Shown here: positions 1 through 8,943 of the stretch, one piece after another
How positions within the stretch are numbered: position 1 is the stretch's first letter
How the letters are laid out: the number at the start of each line of letters is the position of its first letter
Source of the DNA: Flammeovirgaceae bacterium
GTDB lineage: Bacteria > Bacteroidota > Bacteroidia > Cytophagales > Flammeovirgaceae
Reading direction: 5' to 3'
Assembly (NCBI GenBank): GCA_049600855.1
Contig: JBMYQA010000024.1
Span: 1 to 36,611, forward strand
Length of the DNA stretch: 36,611 nt
The notes under the pieces: generated by a model
Databases searched by the model: none
Told to the model about the DNA's origin: nothing
The model's input: only the letters and a program-made list of their open reading frames with translations
Made by a program: the position numbers and the translations under genes

Positions 1-485
1 TTCTGGGGCAATATCAGGTAATGATGCGGTGGATGAGCTTGGGGCATTTAGGGCTAACGTTTGTACTCATGCCCTACATTCAGAGTTTTTACCGATTGCC
101 TACATCATCAGGAAAACGGCTCATTTTAAAAATCTCAATACTGGGATTAGTCGCCTCAGGCCTACAATTGATTGCGCTATTCGCCGTATTTACACAGATT
201 TATCAATTCCAATTAGCGGCTATATTGTATTTCTGGATGTTTCTCCATATGCTTCCTTTTTATGCATACTACCTTAAAATCTATGAATGCTTCAAAAAAG
301 ATCAGCAACACCACTTAACGATTTGCTATTTCGTTACGGGTTGCATCAATGCTTTACTGAGTTACTACTTCATCCCAAAAATGGGCATTTTGGGCGCATT
401 GATTACCAGCACAATTATTCAATACCTTTTACTCATTTTCTTTTTCATCATTGAACCACGCTATGAAAAACACGCCACTCATTAG
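1..485 (+). CDS. C-terminal part of a multi-pass membrane protein, probably a Wzx-type polysaccharide flippase/polysaccharide biosynthesis protein (5' end lies upstream of window)
   Basis: ORF open from window start; translated product is highly hydrophobic with several predicted TM helices (LILKISILGLVASGLQLIALFAVF..., ILGALITSTIIQYLLLIFFFII); sits immediately upstream of and overlapping a GT2 and GT4 gene, the usual context for Wzx/polysaccharide-biosynthesis C-terminal domains. Assignment by context and composition only. Confidence 0.4.
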   Translation, partial: LGQYQVMMRWMSLGHLGLTFVLMPYIQSFYRLPTSSGKRLILKISILGLVASGLQLIALFAVFTQIYQFQLAAILYFWMFLHMLPFYAYYLKIYECFKKDQQHHLTICYFVTGCINALLSYYFIPKMGILGALITSTIIQYLLLIFFFIIEPRYEKHATH

Positions 486-1380
486 TATTATTACCCCCAC
501 TTATAATCGGGCACACACCTTAGTGGAATGCATTGAAAGTGTGTTAAATCAATGCTATCCCCATTTTGAATGGTGGATTATTGATGACGGCTCAGCAGAT
601 GATACGGCAACGATCATTAATCAATATGAAGATGAACGCATCAAGTACTACCCCTTGGGCAAGCATACAGGTTCTTTATCTTATTTGAGGAATCTTGGGG
701 TGAGTAAAGCCAAAGGAACCTACATCAGCTTTATTGATTCTGACGATTGTTGGTTACCACAAAAGTTAACCGAGCAAATTCATGCCATCCAGCAGCACTC
801 CACTGCAAAATGGGCTTTTTGCGATGTCATTGAATTTAATCAAACAGCAATGCTAAGAGATGGCATTTACCAACGATTAAATCGGACAAATGGCGTTTAT
901 CCCAATTTATTTACCGATCTCATTCACGGTCAGTTAATTATCTTTCCTTCCAGTGTACTCATTCATCGAACCGCATTCGCTGAGGTAGGTCAGTTTGATG
1001 AATCGCTACCCTTAAGCGATCAAGCATTTTTAATTCGTTTAGCAAAACAATGTACCGCTTATTTTAGCAATGCCAAGTTGGTAAAAATTCGAAAGCATGA
1101 CCAAAACATGTCTCATCAACCCAAAATTCAGGAGTCTGGGCATTTGGAAATCATTCAACAACTGGAAGCAGCTTACCAAAGTCGTTTGGTTTCTTCTGAT
1201 TTCTATCAGCAGCGCAAAGCACAATTATTGTTTGGTTTGGGAAAGGTTTATCAGCATTCACGTCAATACCAGCAAGCCCTAAACACCTATCAACAAGCTC
1301 AAAAATACAGTTCATTTCCATCCAAGCTCTGGCTAAAAATTGCGTTGCACTACTGCTGGACGTGCATTCACCCTAAATAA
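451..1380 (+). CDS. Family 2 glycosyltransferase
   Basis: N-terminus ISIITPTYNRAHTLVECIESVLNQCYPHFEWWIIDDGSADDT is the canonical GT2 (GT-A) signature with DDG and a later DSDD (FIDSDDCW) DxD motif. Overlaps upstream ORF by 35 nt; a start at M5 (nt 463) is equally plausible. Confidence 0.85.
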   Translation: MNHAMKNTPLISIITPTYNRAHTLVECIESVLNQCYPHFEWWIIDDGSADDTATIINQYEDERIKYYPLGKHTGSLSYLRNLGVSKAKGTYISFIDSDDCWLPQKLTEQIHAIQQHSTAKWAFCDVIEFNQTAMLRDGIYQRLNRTNGVYPNLFTDLIHGQLIIFPSSVLIHRTAFAEVGQFDESLPLSDQAFLIRLAKQCTAYFSNAKLVKIRKHDQNMSHQPKIQESGHLEIIQQLEAAYQSRLVSSDFYQQRKAQLLFGLGKVYQHSRQYQQALNTYQQAQKYSSFPSKLWLKIALHYCWTCIHPK

Positions 1381-1383
1381 GTC

Positions 1384-2457
1384 ATGATGAAGCAAGTGGC
1401 ATTAATTAGTTCAGGCTTAGGCCATGTAAAGCGAGGCTTTGAAACCAATATTCAAAAACACTACGATCGGCTGCAACCGCTTTTGGGCGACCAACTGCTG
1501 CTTTTAAAAGGTGGCGGCTCTGGGAGTATTCCCAACTTTAGGCAACATGGATTTTGGGCAAAGTGGTTAGGAAAACTATTCCAAAAACATCCATTCGAAA
1601 TTCAAAATTATTCCTTTTTCTTAGGGAGTATTTATTGGATTTTAAGGTACCGTCCACAGGTAATTTACCTTGGGGAACCCATACTCTACCGCTTATATGC
1701 CAAGTTGCGAAATTTACTTCAGCTAAATTTTCGCATGATTTATTTTTCAGGAGGTGGTGTTATTCCTAAAAAAACACATGCTGAAGATACCATTCAATTT
1801 GTTGTGCCACCTGCATGCATTGGAGTTGACATTCATAAAGTCACTGCAAACACGGTTGTTTTACCTCATTATGTTGACCTTTTTAAAAATAGATCTGCGC
1901 ACCAAATTCAACACGTAAGCGCATCACTACATATTCCTACAAGTGCCAAAATAATTCTATCTGTTGGGGCACTTGATCGGCAAAAGCGAATGGATTATTT
2001 GATCCAAGAAGTAGCCCATGCTGAATTAGATTGCTTCTTGATTTTACTGGGCCAGGAAGAATCCGACACGCCTGACATTAGGCGTTTAGCGCAACAATTA
2101 TTACCCGACCGACATGTTATTGGTACCGTGCCTCATCATGAACTGGCAACTTATTATGCACTAGCGGATGTCTTTGTACTGGCCTCGTTAAAAGAAGGCT
2201 TTGGATTAGTTTACCTAGAAGCGCTTTCCTTCGGTTTGCCCGTACTCGCTCACGATTATCCAATTTCTAGACATGTATTGAAAAAATGGGGATTCTTTGG
2301 AGATTTCCAGAAAAAAGGCGCGCTGCAACAGTTGCTCCTTCAAGTCAGTAAAATTCCGCCCACTCGCTCCACCCGTCAGCAAAGACGGGCATTCGTTCAG
2401 GAAAATTACAGTTGGAATAGTTTGAAAGAAGCCTATTTGGAGTTGTTCTTAGCGTAA
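1384..2457 (+). CDS. Family 4 (GT-B, group 1) glycosyltransferase
   Basis: C-terminal half carries the GT4 motif EGFGLVYLEALSFGLPVLAHD (E-x7-E); starts 3 nt after the GT2 stop, so it is co-transcribed. Confidence 0.8.
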   Translation: MMKQVALISSGLGHVKRGFETNIQKHYDRLQPLLGDQLLLLKGGGSGSIPNFRQHGFWAKWLGKLFQKHPFEIQNYSFFLGSIYWILRYRPQVIYLGEPILYRLYAKLRNLLQLNFRMIYFSGGGVIPKKTHAEDTIQFVVPPACIGVDIHKVTANTVVLPHYVDLFKNRSAHQIQHVSASLHIPTSAKIILSVGALDRQKRMDYLIQEVAHAELDCFLILLGQEESDTPDIRRLAQQLLPDRHVIGTVPHHELATYYALADVFVLASLKEGFGLVYLEALSFGLPVLAHDYPISRHVLKKWGFFGDFQKKGALQQLLLQVSKIPPTRSTRQQRRAFVQENYSWNSLKEAYLELFLA

Positions 2458-2506
2458 TTTCACACTGCAATTCAACTTCGAACTTCTTGATTAATAAAAA
2501 GGTGAT

Positions 2507-3625
2507 TTAGGTTGCAATCATTAACTGCTCCATTTCTTGATCGTATTTTCCCACCATTTCTGACCAATCGTATCGCCTCACAGATTCGCGTAACCTTTTA
2601 TAGTTGACAGGAAGGTTTGTAATCGCGGCTCTCAACTTGGAAATAAATTCATTTTCATCCTCGTAAAAGCACTCCTTGTGTTGTGGTAAATGCTCGGGAT
2701 AAGCCAATCGCTTCGGTAAAATAGGGTAACAATTGCAGTAGATGGCTTGTACTACACTCGCCCCAAAAAAGTCATGAATAGCGCTTACTGGTAAAATATC
2801 AGCGCGCCACAGCCACGAAGCATATGCTTCAAAACTCGATACATAGCCCCATTGAATAATATGTGGAGCTAATTTCAGCTTCGCTTCTTCAAAAATTTTA
2901 GGAGATTTGCGGTAACTTTCGCCCAATACTGCTAAATCAAACTCCAGTCCTTCATCACTCAATTGAAAAAGCGCTTGGAAAAATGCTTCGGGGTTTTTAT
3001 CGTACTCCCAACGGTGATTCCATACTAACAAAGGACGGTGATCCTGTTTATCGATCACTTGATATTGATCAAACTTGCTCAATTCCATACCTAAGGGCAA
3101 CACCCTACTCTTCGCCTTTACAGTATCTACTGACCAGAGTTCAGGATAATCAGGAAAGCTTTTCAAGAATTTGGGCAACTCATTTAGAAAAGCGTTTTGG
3201 TGGTAATGAGAATTAAAATACACGGCATCGGCTCCTAAAGCTGAGGTATAATTAATAAATGCATAATGGTTATCGCGCTTAAGCTGAATGTCTTGATCTG
3301 TAGGTGACCAAGGGTAGTTAAGCTGATTTTCGTGGAAGTAAATGGCAGATTTGAGTGTTGGAAATTGCTTGTGGGTCAATGATCTGAATAGATTCAGGTC
3401 TAGCATGTCTGTACACAAGCATAAATCAGGTTTTAAGTTTCCTTGGTTGAGGCGATTAGCCAAGGTCACTGCTCCACCGTGCATTCGCCATTTCCAATAG
3501 CGCCCTTCTAAACTTAACAACGTAATTTGATGTTTGCTCTGTCTCTGATATTCTTCCGCCCACAATCTATGTGATCCTGTAAAAAAAGGTTCTACCAATA
3601 CAATTTGCAGCTTAGTTTGATTCAT
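2507..3625 (-). CDS. DUF3524-type glycosyltransferase (GTDC1-like; GT-B fold)
   Basis: N-terminus IVLVEPFFTGSHRLWAEEYQRQSKH...LLSLEGRYWKWRMHGGAVTLA matches my recollection of the DUF3524 N-terminal domain fused to a group-1 glycosyltransferase C-terminal domain, as in GTDC1. From memory only; needs a Pfam/HMM search. Confidence 0.55.
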   Translation of the reverse strand: MNQTKLQIVLVEPFFTGSHRLWAEEYQRQSKHQITLLSLEGRYWKWRMHGGAVTLANRLNQGNLKPDLCLCTDMLDLNLFRSLTHKQFPTLKSAIYFHENQLNYPWSPTDQDIQLKRDNHYAFINYTSALGADAVYFNSHYHQNAFLNELPKFLKSFPDYPELWSVDTVKAKSRVLPLGMELSKFDQYQVIDKQDHRPLLVWNHRWEYDKNPEAFFQALFQLSDEGLEFDLAVLGESYRKSPKIFEEAKLKLAPHIIQWGYVSSFEAYASWLWRADILPVSAIHDFFGASVVQAIYCNCYPILPKRLAYPEHLPQHKECFYEDENEFISKLRAAITNLPVNYKRLRESVRRYDWSEMVGKYDQEMEQLMIAT

Positions 3626-4004
3626 TTGACATGGTCCATTTGAGCCATAAGTTGTCTAATACACTAAAAAATGTAATGCCAAACACATTTCCCAACATAT
3701 CAAATAAACTAAAGGTACGATGTTCTGAAAGTAACTGTAGGCTTTCTTCCAAACACGAAAGTACTATAAAAATGACAGGCCATACTGGCAATACCACTTT
3801 AAAGAATAGCGTTTTCTTCCGATTACTTGCTCGATGGGCTAAATAACTCGTAATCCCAAATAAAAGGAAATGCACATAAAAGTCATACTGCTTATAATGA
3901 ACTACTGGCGTACCGATATAGGCTGATCCCATTACAATGAGTAATGCAGTAAGTTGAAAAGCCATTAAAATACGCCAAAAACTTAGATTACTGTCCATTA
4001 TCAA
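3612..4004 (-). CDS. VanZ-like family small membrane protein
   Basis: 130 aa with 4 predicted TM helices; C-terminal stretch SEHRTFSLFDMLGNVFGITFF resembles the VanZ-domain motif; stop overlaps the downstream GT gene start by 14 nt (translational coupling). Confidence 0.5.
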   Translation of the reverse strand: MIMDSNLSFWRILMAFQLTALLIVMGSAYIGTPVVHYKQYDFYVHFLLFGITSYLAHRASNRKKTLFFKVVLPVWPVIFIVLSCLEESLQLLSEHRTFSLFDMLGNVFGITFFSVLDNLWLKWTMSNESN

Positions 4005-4195
4005 AATTTAATAAGGAAACTCCTGAGCATACTTACTTATTTCTATTAAACAATCAACTCCTTACCTGTAGTTTAGGTTTTCGTGAGGTTAAATTACTTT
4101 CCAGCATCCCTTTAATTTTATTAGATACCCTGTTATTTATGAAAATTTTTCCACTTCAAGGAAGATAAATTAATGAATAAAAGCAATCAATTTAA

Positions 4196-5074
4196 TTAAA
4201 AATCAGTATTTTTCATTCCCTTCACCATACGATCTTTTCCTTGCATATCTTTTATTAATGAGATTTGTTGAAAACCGTAGTTCGCTAATAACTCTAAACA
4301 TTCTTTTCCGAATGCTTCATTAATTTCAAAATAAAGCATTCCCCCATTTTCTAAGGCTACTGCTGCCAATTGTGTAATTCTTTTATAAAACAATAATGGA
4401 TTAGCATTGGGCACAAACAATGCCAAATGTGGTTCGTGATCTAATACATTAGCTTGCATTTTTTCTTTTTCTAATGCTCTTACATAAGGAGGGTTACTCA
4501 CAATTACCTGAAACTTTGGAAAATTGGAAAGGTCTTGAGTGAGTACATCTAATTGGGAAAAATTGACAGTTACTTCATTTTTTACAGCATTTTCATGAGC
4601 TACTTGCAATGCTTGTAAACTGATGTCTACGCCATATACAGCAGCTTTAGGTAAATTTTTTTTCAAGCTGATGGGAATACAGCCACTTCCTGTACCAATA
4701 TCCAAGATGTTCACGTTTTGACGCTCATTTTGTTCTTGAATAATCAGGTGTACCAGTTCTTCCGTCTCAGGCCGAGGAATTAACACATGAGGATTCACCT
4801 GAAACTCCAAGCCATAAAAGTCGGCCACTTCGGTGATGTATTGGATGGGTTCTTGATGAATTAAACGTTGTAAGTACTCCTCTAATTGGTGATTTGCGGG
4901 CAACACGACCTCATTTCCTAACACAACGTCATGCTTACTCATGTTAAATTGCCGTTCGAGTAATTCAAAGGCAATGCTGCGCGCTTCATATTCTTCATAA
5001 TGAGGTAATAATACCTTCAATACATCTTGCAAAAAAACGCTTGCGTTTACCTCTTGTGGCATATCACTGTTCAT
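4196..5074 (-). CDS. prmC: Release-factor glutamine N5-methyltransferase (PrmC/HemK)
   Basis: SAM-binding motif LDIGTGSGCIPISL and catalytic NPPY motif (IVSNPPYV); length 292 aa typical of PrmC. Confidence 0.85.
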   Translation of the reverse strand: MNSDMPQEVNASVFLQDVLKVLLPHYEEYEARSIAFELLERQFNMSKHDVVLGNEVVLPANHQLEEYLQRLIHQEPIQYITEVADFYGLEFQVNPHVLIPRPETEELVHLIIQEQNERQNVNILDIGTGSGCIPISLKKNLPKAAVYGVDISLQALQVAHENAVKNEVTVNFSQLDVLTQDLSNFPKFQVIVSNPPYVRALEKEKMQANVLDHEPHLALFVPNANPLLFYKRITQLAAVALENGGMLYFEINEAFGKECLELLANYGFQQISLIKDMQGKDRMVKGMKNTDF

Positions 5075-6012
5075 TTTCCAGTGTTTAATAAATCAGCATG
5101 ATAAAGTTTTTCCAAAGCTACTGCTATTCTCGCGCCCTCTTTTGCATTATTATACACCAGTTGCAGGTTGGCTTCTAAACTTTCTCCAGCGGTTAACTCT
5201 TTCACTTTTGCTAATAAAAAAGGAGTAACTTCTTTCCCTTTTATTCCTTGTTCCCTCGCTTCTTGTAACGCGGTAGCAATGGCACGATCAATAACAGCTT
5301 TGGGCATGGCATATTCCTTAGGTACGGGATTACCAATCACTAAGCCTCCTTGCAAATTTAAATCCCATTTTGTTTTAATTACATTCGCCACAGATTCAGG
5401 ATCATCTAATCGGCAATCTACTTCAAAACCGCTATCTCGCGTATAAAACGCTGGAAATGCTGATGACTGATAGCCAATAACAGGCACACCATGTGTCTCT
5501 AAGTATTCTAAAGTAAGGCCAATATCTAGAATAGATTTTGCCCCTGCACACACCACAGCTACATTGGTTCGAGCCAATTCCATCAAATCAGCCGAAATGT
5601 CAAACGAGCGCTCTCCTTCTCGATGTACGCCTCCTATTCCCCCAGTCACAAATACGCGTATTCCTGCCAAAGCAGCCACAATCATGGTAGATGCCACTGT
5701 AGTGGCTCCATCTTTTTTTTGGGAAATAATATAGGGTAAATCACGCCGACTTACCTTCGCAATATCCTCACTTTGAGCTATATGCATGAGTTCATCGCCA
5801 TTTAAACCCACCTTGAGCTTTCCTCCAATCACGGCTATAGTTGCTGAAACGGCTCCTTGATCTCGAATAATTCCTGACACTGCTTTTACCATCTCTACAT
5901 TTTCAGGATATGGCATGCCATGTGAAATAATGGTGGACTCCAAAGCCACCACAGCCTGACCGCTATCCAGTGCTTCTTGTACTTGTGGGGCAATATCGAG
6001 GTAGTGTTTCAT
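5071..6012 (-). CDS. psuG: Pseudouridine-5'-phosphate glycosidase
   Basis: Strong similarity to E. coli YeiN/PsuG from memory (VVALESTIISHGMPYPENV...QGAVSATIAVIGGKLKVGL); 313 aa; stop overlaps the prmC start in an ATGA arrangement. Confidence 0.9.
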   Translation of the reverse strand: MKHYLDIAPQVQEALDSGQAVVALESTIISHGMPYPENVEMVKAVSGIIRDQGAVSATIAVIGGKLKVGLNGDELMHIAQSEDIAKVSRRDLPYIISQKKDGATTVASTMIVAALAGIRVFVTGGIGGVHREGERSFDISADLMELARTNVAVVCAGAKSILDIGLTLEYLETHGVPVIGYQSSAFPAFYTRDSGFEVDCRLDDPESVANVIKTKWDLNLQGGLVIGNPVPKEYAMPKAVIDRAIATALQEAREQGIKGKEVTPFLLAKVKELTAGESLEANLQLVYNNAKEGARIAVALEKLYHADLLNTGK

Positions 6013-6088
6013 ATACTCATTGGTTTTAACTCACAATTATAAGTAAAAGATCCGAAATAAATGGCTCCACTAAGACGTAGTACTAAAC

Positions 6089-6119
6089 AAAAAACCGTCA
6101 GATCAAAGCGATCTGACGG
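6089..6119 (-). terminator. Rho-independent terminator for the 6159..7964 gene
   Basis: Perfect 10-bp stem ccgtcagatc/gatctgacgg (6095-6104 / 6110-6119) with loop aaagc; on the minus strand it is followed by TTTTTT (plus-strand aaaaaa at 6089-6094). Confidence 0.65.
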
Positions 6120-6158
6120 TCAATTATTTTGCACTCATTTAAGTGCTTTACCAATGCA

Positions 6159-7964
6159 TTAGTTTTTCTTTTCCTCCTTAATAACAGGTTCCTCCGATTT
6201 ACCTGCTTGCTCTTGTAAGTAAATATCATTGGCAATTTGATACAACTGCATACCGCTATTTGTTTTCTTATCGGTCATGGTCATTTTAAAACGATAGGTA
6301 AACATCTTATTACCCGTTTCAATTCCCATTAACCGCATATCATCAAACTTCTCCTGCATCATCGTCATCGCTTCTTTTTCAGAATTACTCATGTATTTAT
6401 TTGCTTTCATCGCTGCTGAGATAATATTCTGAATATCAAAATAGAAATATTGATTGTGTTTGAGCACATCTGCCTTTAACGCTGCATTGATTTGATTTTT
6501 CTTCTTTACTCCTTTTGCCAATCCATTTTCTAATAAATCGGCATCATTCGTAATAATAGCAATATCATCCAGTAAGGCTAATTTTACATCTAAACTAGAA
6601 TTTGGAATTCGCAAGGAATAGATATTATCTTTCACACTTAAAATCTGATAACTTTCAAGCGCATTAATCAGCTTCATAAAGTTTTCCTTATTGCCAATCC
6701 CCAATTCGCCAACAACCAAAGGCATTTGCTGTTTACGCGTTTTTTCGATCTTTTTCAAGTTATAGTCGTCATCGTATTCATAATCAATATACGTCATCTC
6801 CACTTCTTTAAAATCGGTTACGGCTAACAAAATTTCTCCATCAATGATATTAGCCAAGGCATCTTCGTCAAGGGCAATACCTAAAAGGTCCAACATGGCT
6901 TCGGCCTTTCCACCACTCATTTGTGGTAACTGGTCCAGCATGGGTTTATATACCTCAATGGTAGCTGAAAATAGTTTTTTGATGTCTACTGCAATTACAC
7001 CAAAGCCCAACAAGTTTGATCCATTTACATAGTTCAACATTTTAGGTTGTACCTTTTTATCGTAAATATCTTTGTACAAATTGAATAAACGATCGTTCAT
7101 ATAGCTGCGCTGTATCAAGTTTACTTCGCCTGCATCAAAGGTCAATAAGGAGTGATAATAGGTATCCTCCCACAGTTCGCTCATACTTTCTAACATTTGT
7201 GCTTGAGTAGCTAACATCGGCGAGTTCCCTTGCGCTCGTTGAAGGATATCACTCAATGGGGAAAGATTTAACCAAACTCCAGCATCGTAAGCAGACTTAT
7301 TAAAGTCAACAAAGTTGGCATGGTCTTTCAACGAACTATTTACCGAAACAATCATATCGCGCTTTTGAGCCAATACAGCTAATTTCGATTCATCAAATGC
7401 CTTTCTACGTGCTTCTAATTGATCGTAATAGTTTTCGTCATCGTAATCTAATCCCTCATACAAGCCTTTTTGCTCTCCTTCCACACCAGAGAGCATAACT
7501 ACGGAGTTTGTCCAAGCAATAGATCCTGTTTCAATCGTTACATATTTATATCCTTTCCCTTTTTTGATTTGACCCGCATCAACCATCGGGAGGTTATTGA
7601 TAAAATCTTCAAACTTTTTCTTGTCTGAGATATTACTGATAAAAGCCCCAAAAAATAGGCTATCCATTGCTTGCACATAGGCATAAGCCTTAGGATTCAA
7701 GTTGACACCAACAGCCTTAGGATCTTTATAAATTAAGGATACCAAATCGTAGCTATCGCGCATTTCTTTCTTCATCTGCTCATCAAAAGCCTTCATCACA
7801 TCCAACTCCATCACCTTATCCATGTCGATTTTCTTGGAATAGCTATCGGCATTTATTGCCAATACTGCCACGGCATCGTTTGGAATGAGTTTGGTTAAAT
7901 CTTGCGCTTGAAGTTGACTTCCAACAAGTGTAAATAGTAAAAATAGGGTGAGTGTTCTCATCAT
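6159..7964 (-). CDS. Secreted hypothetical protein (signal peptide, highly charged D/E/K-rich, 601 aa)
   Basis: Long ORF with N-terminal signal peptide MMRTLTLFLLFTLVGSQLQAQD; no motif I can assign to a family. Confidence 0.6.
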   Translation of the reverse strand: MMRTLTLFLLFTLVGSQLQAQDLTKLIPNDAVAVLAINADSYSKKIDMDKVMELDVMKAFDEQMKKEMRDSYDLVSLIYKDPKAVGVNLNPKAYAYVQAMDSLFFGAFISNISDKKKFEDFINNLPMVDAGQIKKGKGYKYVTIETGSIAWTNSVVMLSGVEGEQKGLYEGLDYDDENYYDQLEARRKAFDESKLAVLAQKRDMIVSVNSSLKDHANFVDFNKSAYDAGVWLNLSPLSDILQRAQGNSPMLATQAQMLESMSELWEDTYYHSLLTFDAGEVNLIQRSYMNDRLFNLYKDIYDKKVQPKMLNYVNGSNLLGFGVIAVDIKKLFSATIEVYKPMLDQLPQMSGGKAEAMLDLLGIALDEDALANIIDGEILLAVTDFKEVEMTYIDYEYDDDYNLKKIEKTRKQQMPLVVGELGIGNKENFMKLINALESYQILSVKDNIYSLRIPNSSLDVKLALLDDIAIITNDADLLENGLAKGVKKKNQINAALKADVLKHNQYFYFDIQNIISAAMKANKYMSNSEKEAMTMMQEKFDDMRLMGIETGNKMFTYRFKMTMTDKKTNSGMQLYQIANDIYLQEQAGKSEEPVIKEEKKN

Positions 7965-8002
7965 TACTTTCTAGCTTAGTTAGGTTCAGTGAATAGTAAA
8001 CT

Positions 8003-8027
8003 AAGGAGTTTATGAAAATAACTCCTT
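8003..8027 (-). terminator. Hairpin downstream of kptA, possible terminator
   Basis: 8-bp perfect stem aaggagtt/aactcctt with a 9-nt loop, 120 nt downstream of the kptA stop; the flanking sequence on the minus strand is only moderately T-rich. Confidence 0.35.
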
Positions 8028-8148
8028 TAGCAGAAATTACATAAGGACTTCATGTAAATCAACGACAAAACTACTGGATAATCGAATTATTAGAAGCATT
8101 TAGCCCCAAAACTCGATAAATTAGCCAGTAGTCCGAAATAATGTAGGA

Positions 8149-8706
8149 TTAATCAGGGAATTCGATGTATTTTACAGGAACCTCATCGGTAAGCCATACC
8201 CCATTTTTTGATTCAAAAAATGGATATCCATCTTGATGCATGGCTAATGCTCGAATAATCAGTATGACTGGTTTGCCATGCCGACCACCCACTTTAAGAG
8301 CCGTTTTTTCATCTGGAGAAAGGTGTACATGTTGCCGATTTCTTTTCTCCAAACCTGTTGCCTTAATCGAATCAAGGTGGCGAGTAGCAGTTCCATGATA
8401 CAGTTGAACTGGCGGATCTTTGGGATCAAGCCCTAAATTGATATCAATCGAATGCCCTTGATTGGCTCGTATCGAAAGTCCATCTGGACTAAAAGCGAAA
8501 CGCTTTTTATCATTTGTATCTACCACTTCTTTCAACATACTAGGAGTAACCGTTAGCCCATGCTTTTTGAGCGCTTGTAACAGTTCATCTACTTTTGTCC
8601 ACCCTTCTTGGTCTAAAGTTAAACCAATAGAGCTCGGATGGTGCCGCAATACATAACTCAAGCGCTTGCTGATTCGTTTTTTTTGTTCTTTACTTAATGA
8701 TTTCAT
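8149..8706 (-). CDS. kptA: RNA 2'-phosphotransferase (Tpt1/KptA family)
   Basis: Near full-length match to E. coli KptA from memory: LSYVLRHHPSSIGLTLDQEGWTKVDELL, DKKRFAFS, IRANQGHS, LYHGTATRHL, HVHLS, NGVWLT; 185 aa. Confidence 0.92.
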   Translation of the reverse strand: MKSLSKEQKKRISKRLSYVLRHHPSSIGLTLDQEGWTKVDELLQALKKHGLTVTPSMLKEVVDTNDKKRFAFSPDGLSIRANQGHSIDINLGLDPKDPPVQLYHGTATRHLDSIKATGLEKRNRQHVHLSPDEKTALKVGGRHGKPVILIIRALAMHQDGYPFFESKNGVWLTDEVPVKYIEFPD

Positions 8707-8943
8707 GGTTTATTTAGGTTAATAATTTCCGTTGATTTTACACAAACTTACGCTAGTTTCAGGAAAAGGATTCAACGGTTCGCTAATTTAGAATGAATCT
8801 TGTTTGTAGCAGTTGTTTTTGACAATTCAAATGTGTTCGCTAAAAAATAACAATAAAGCAACATTGATATTTCTAGTTTCGAAAAGAAGCTAACTAATAT
8901 TGCACGATTTGACCTAACTTTTTATAACACAAAACTGTGATTT

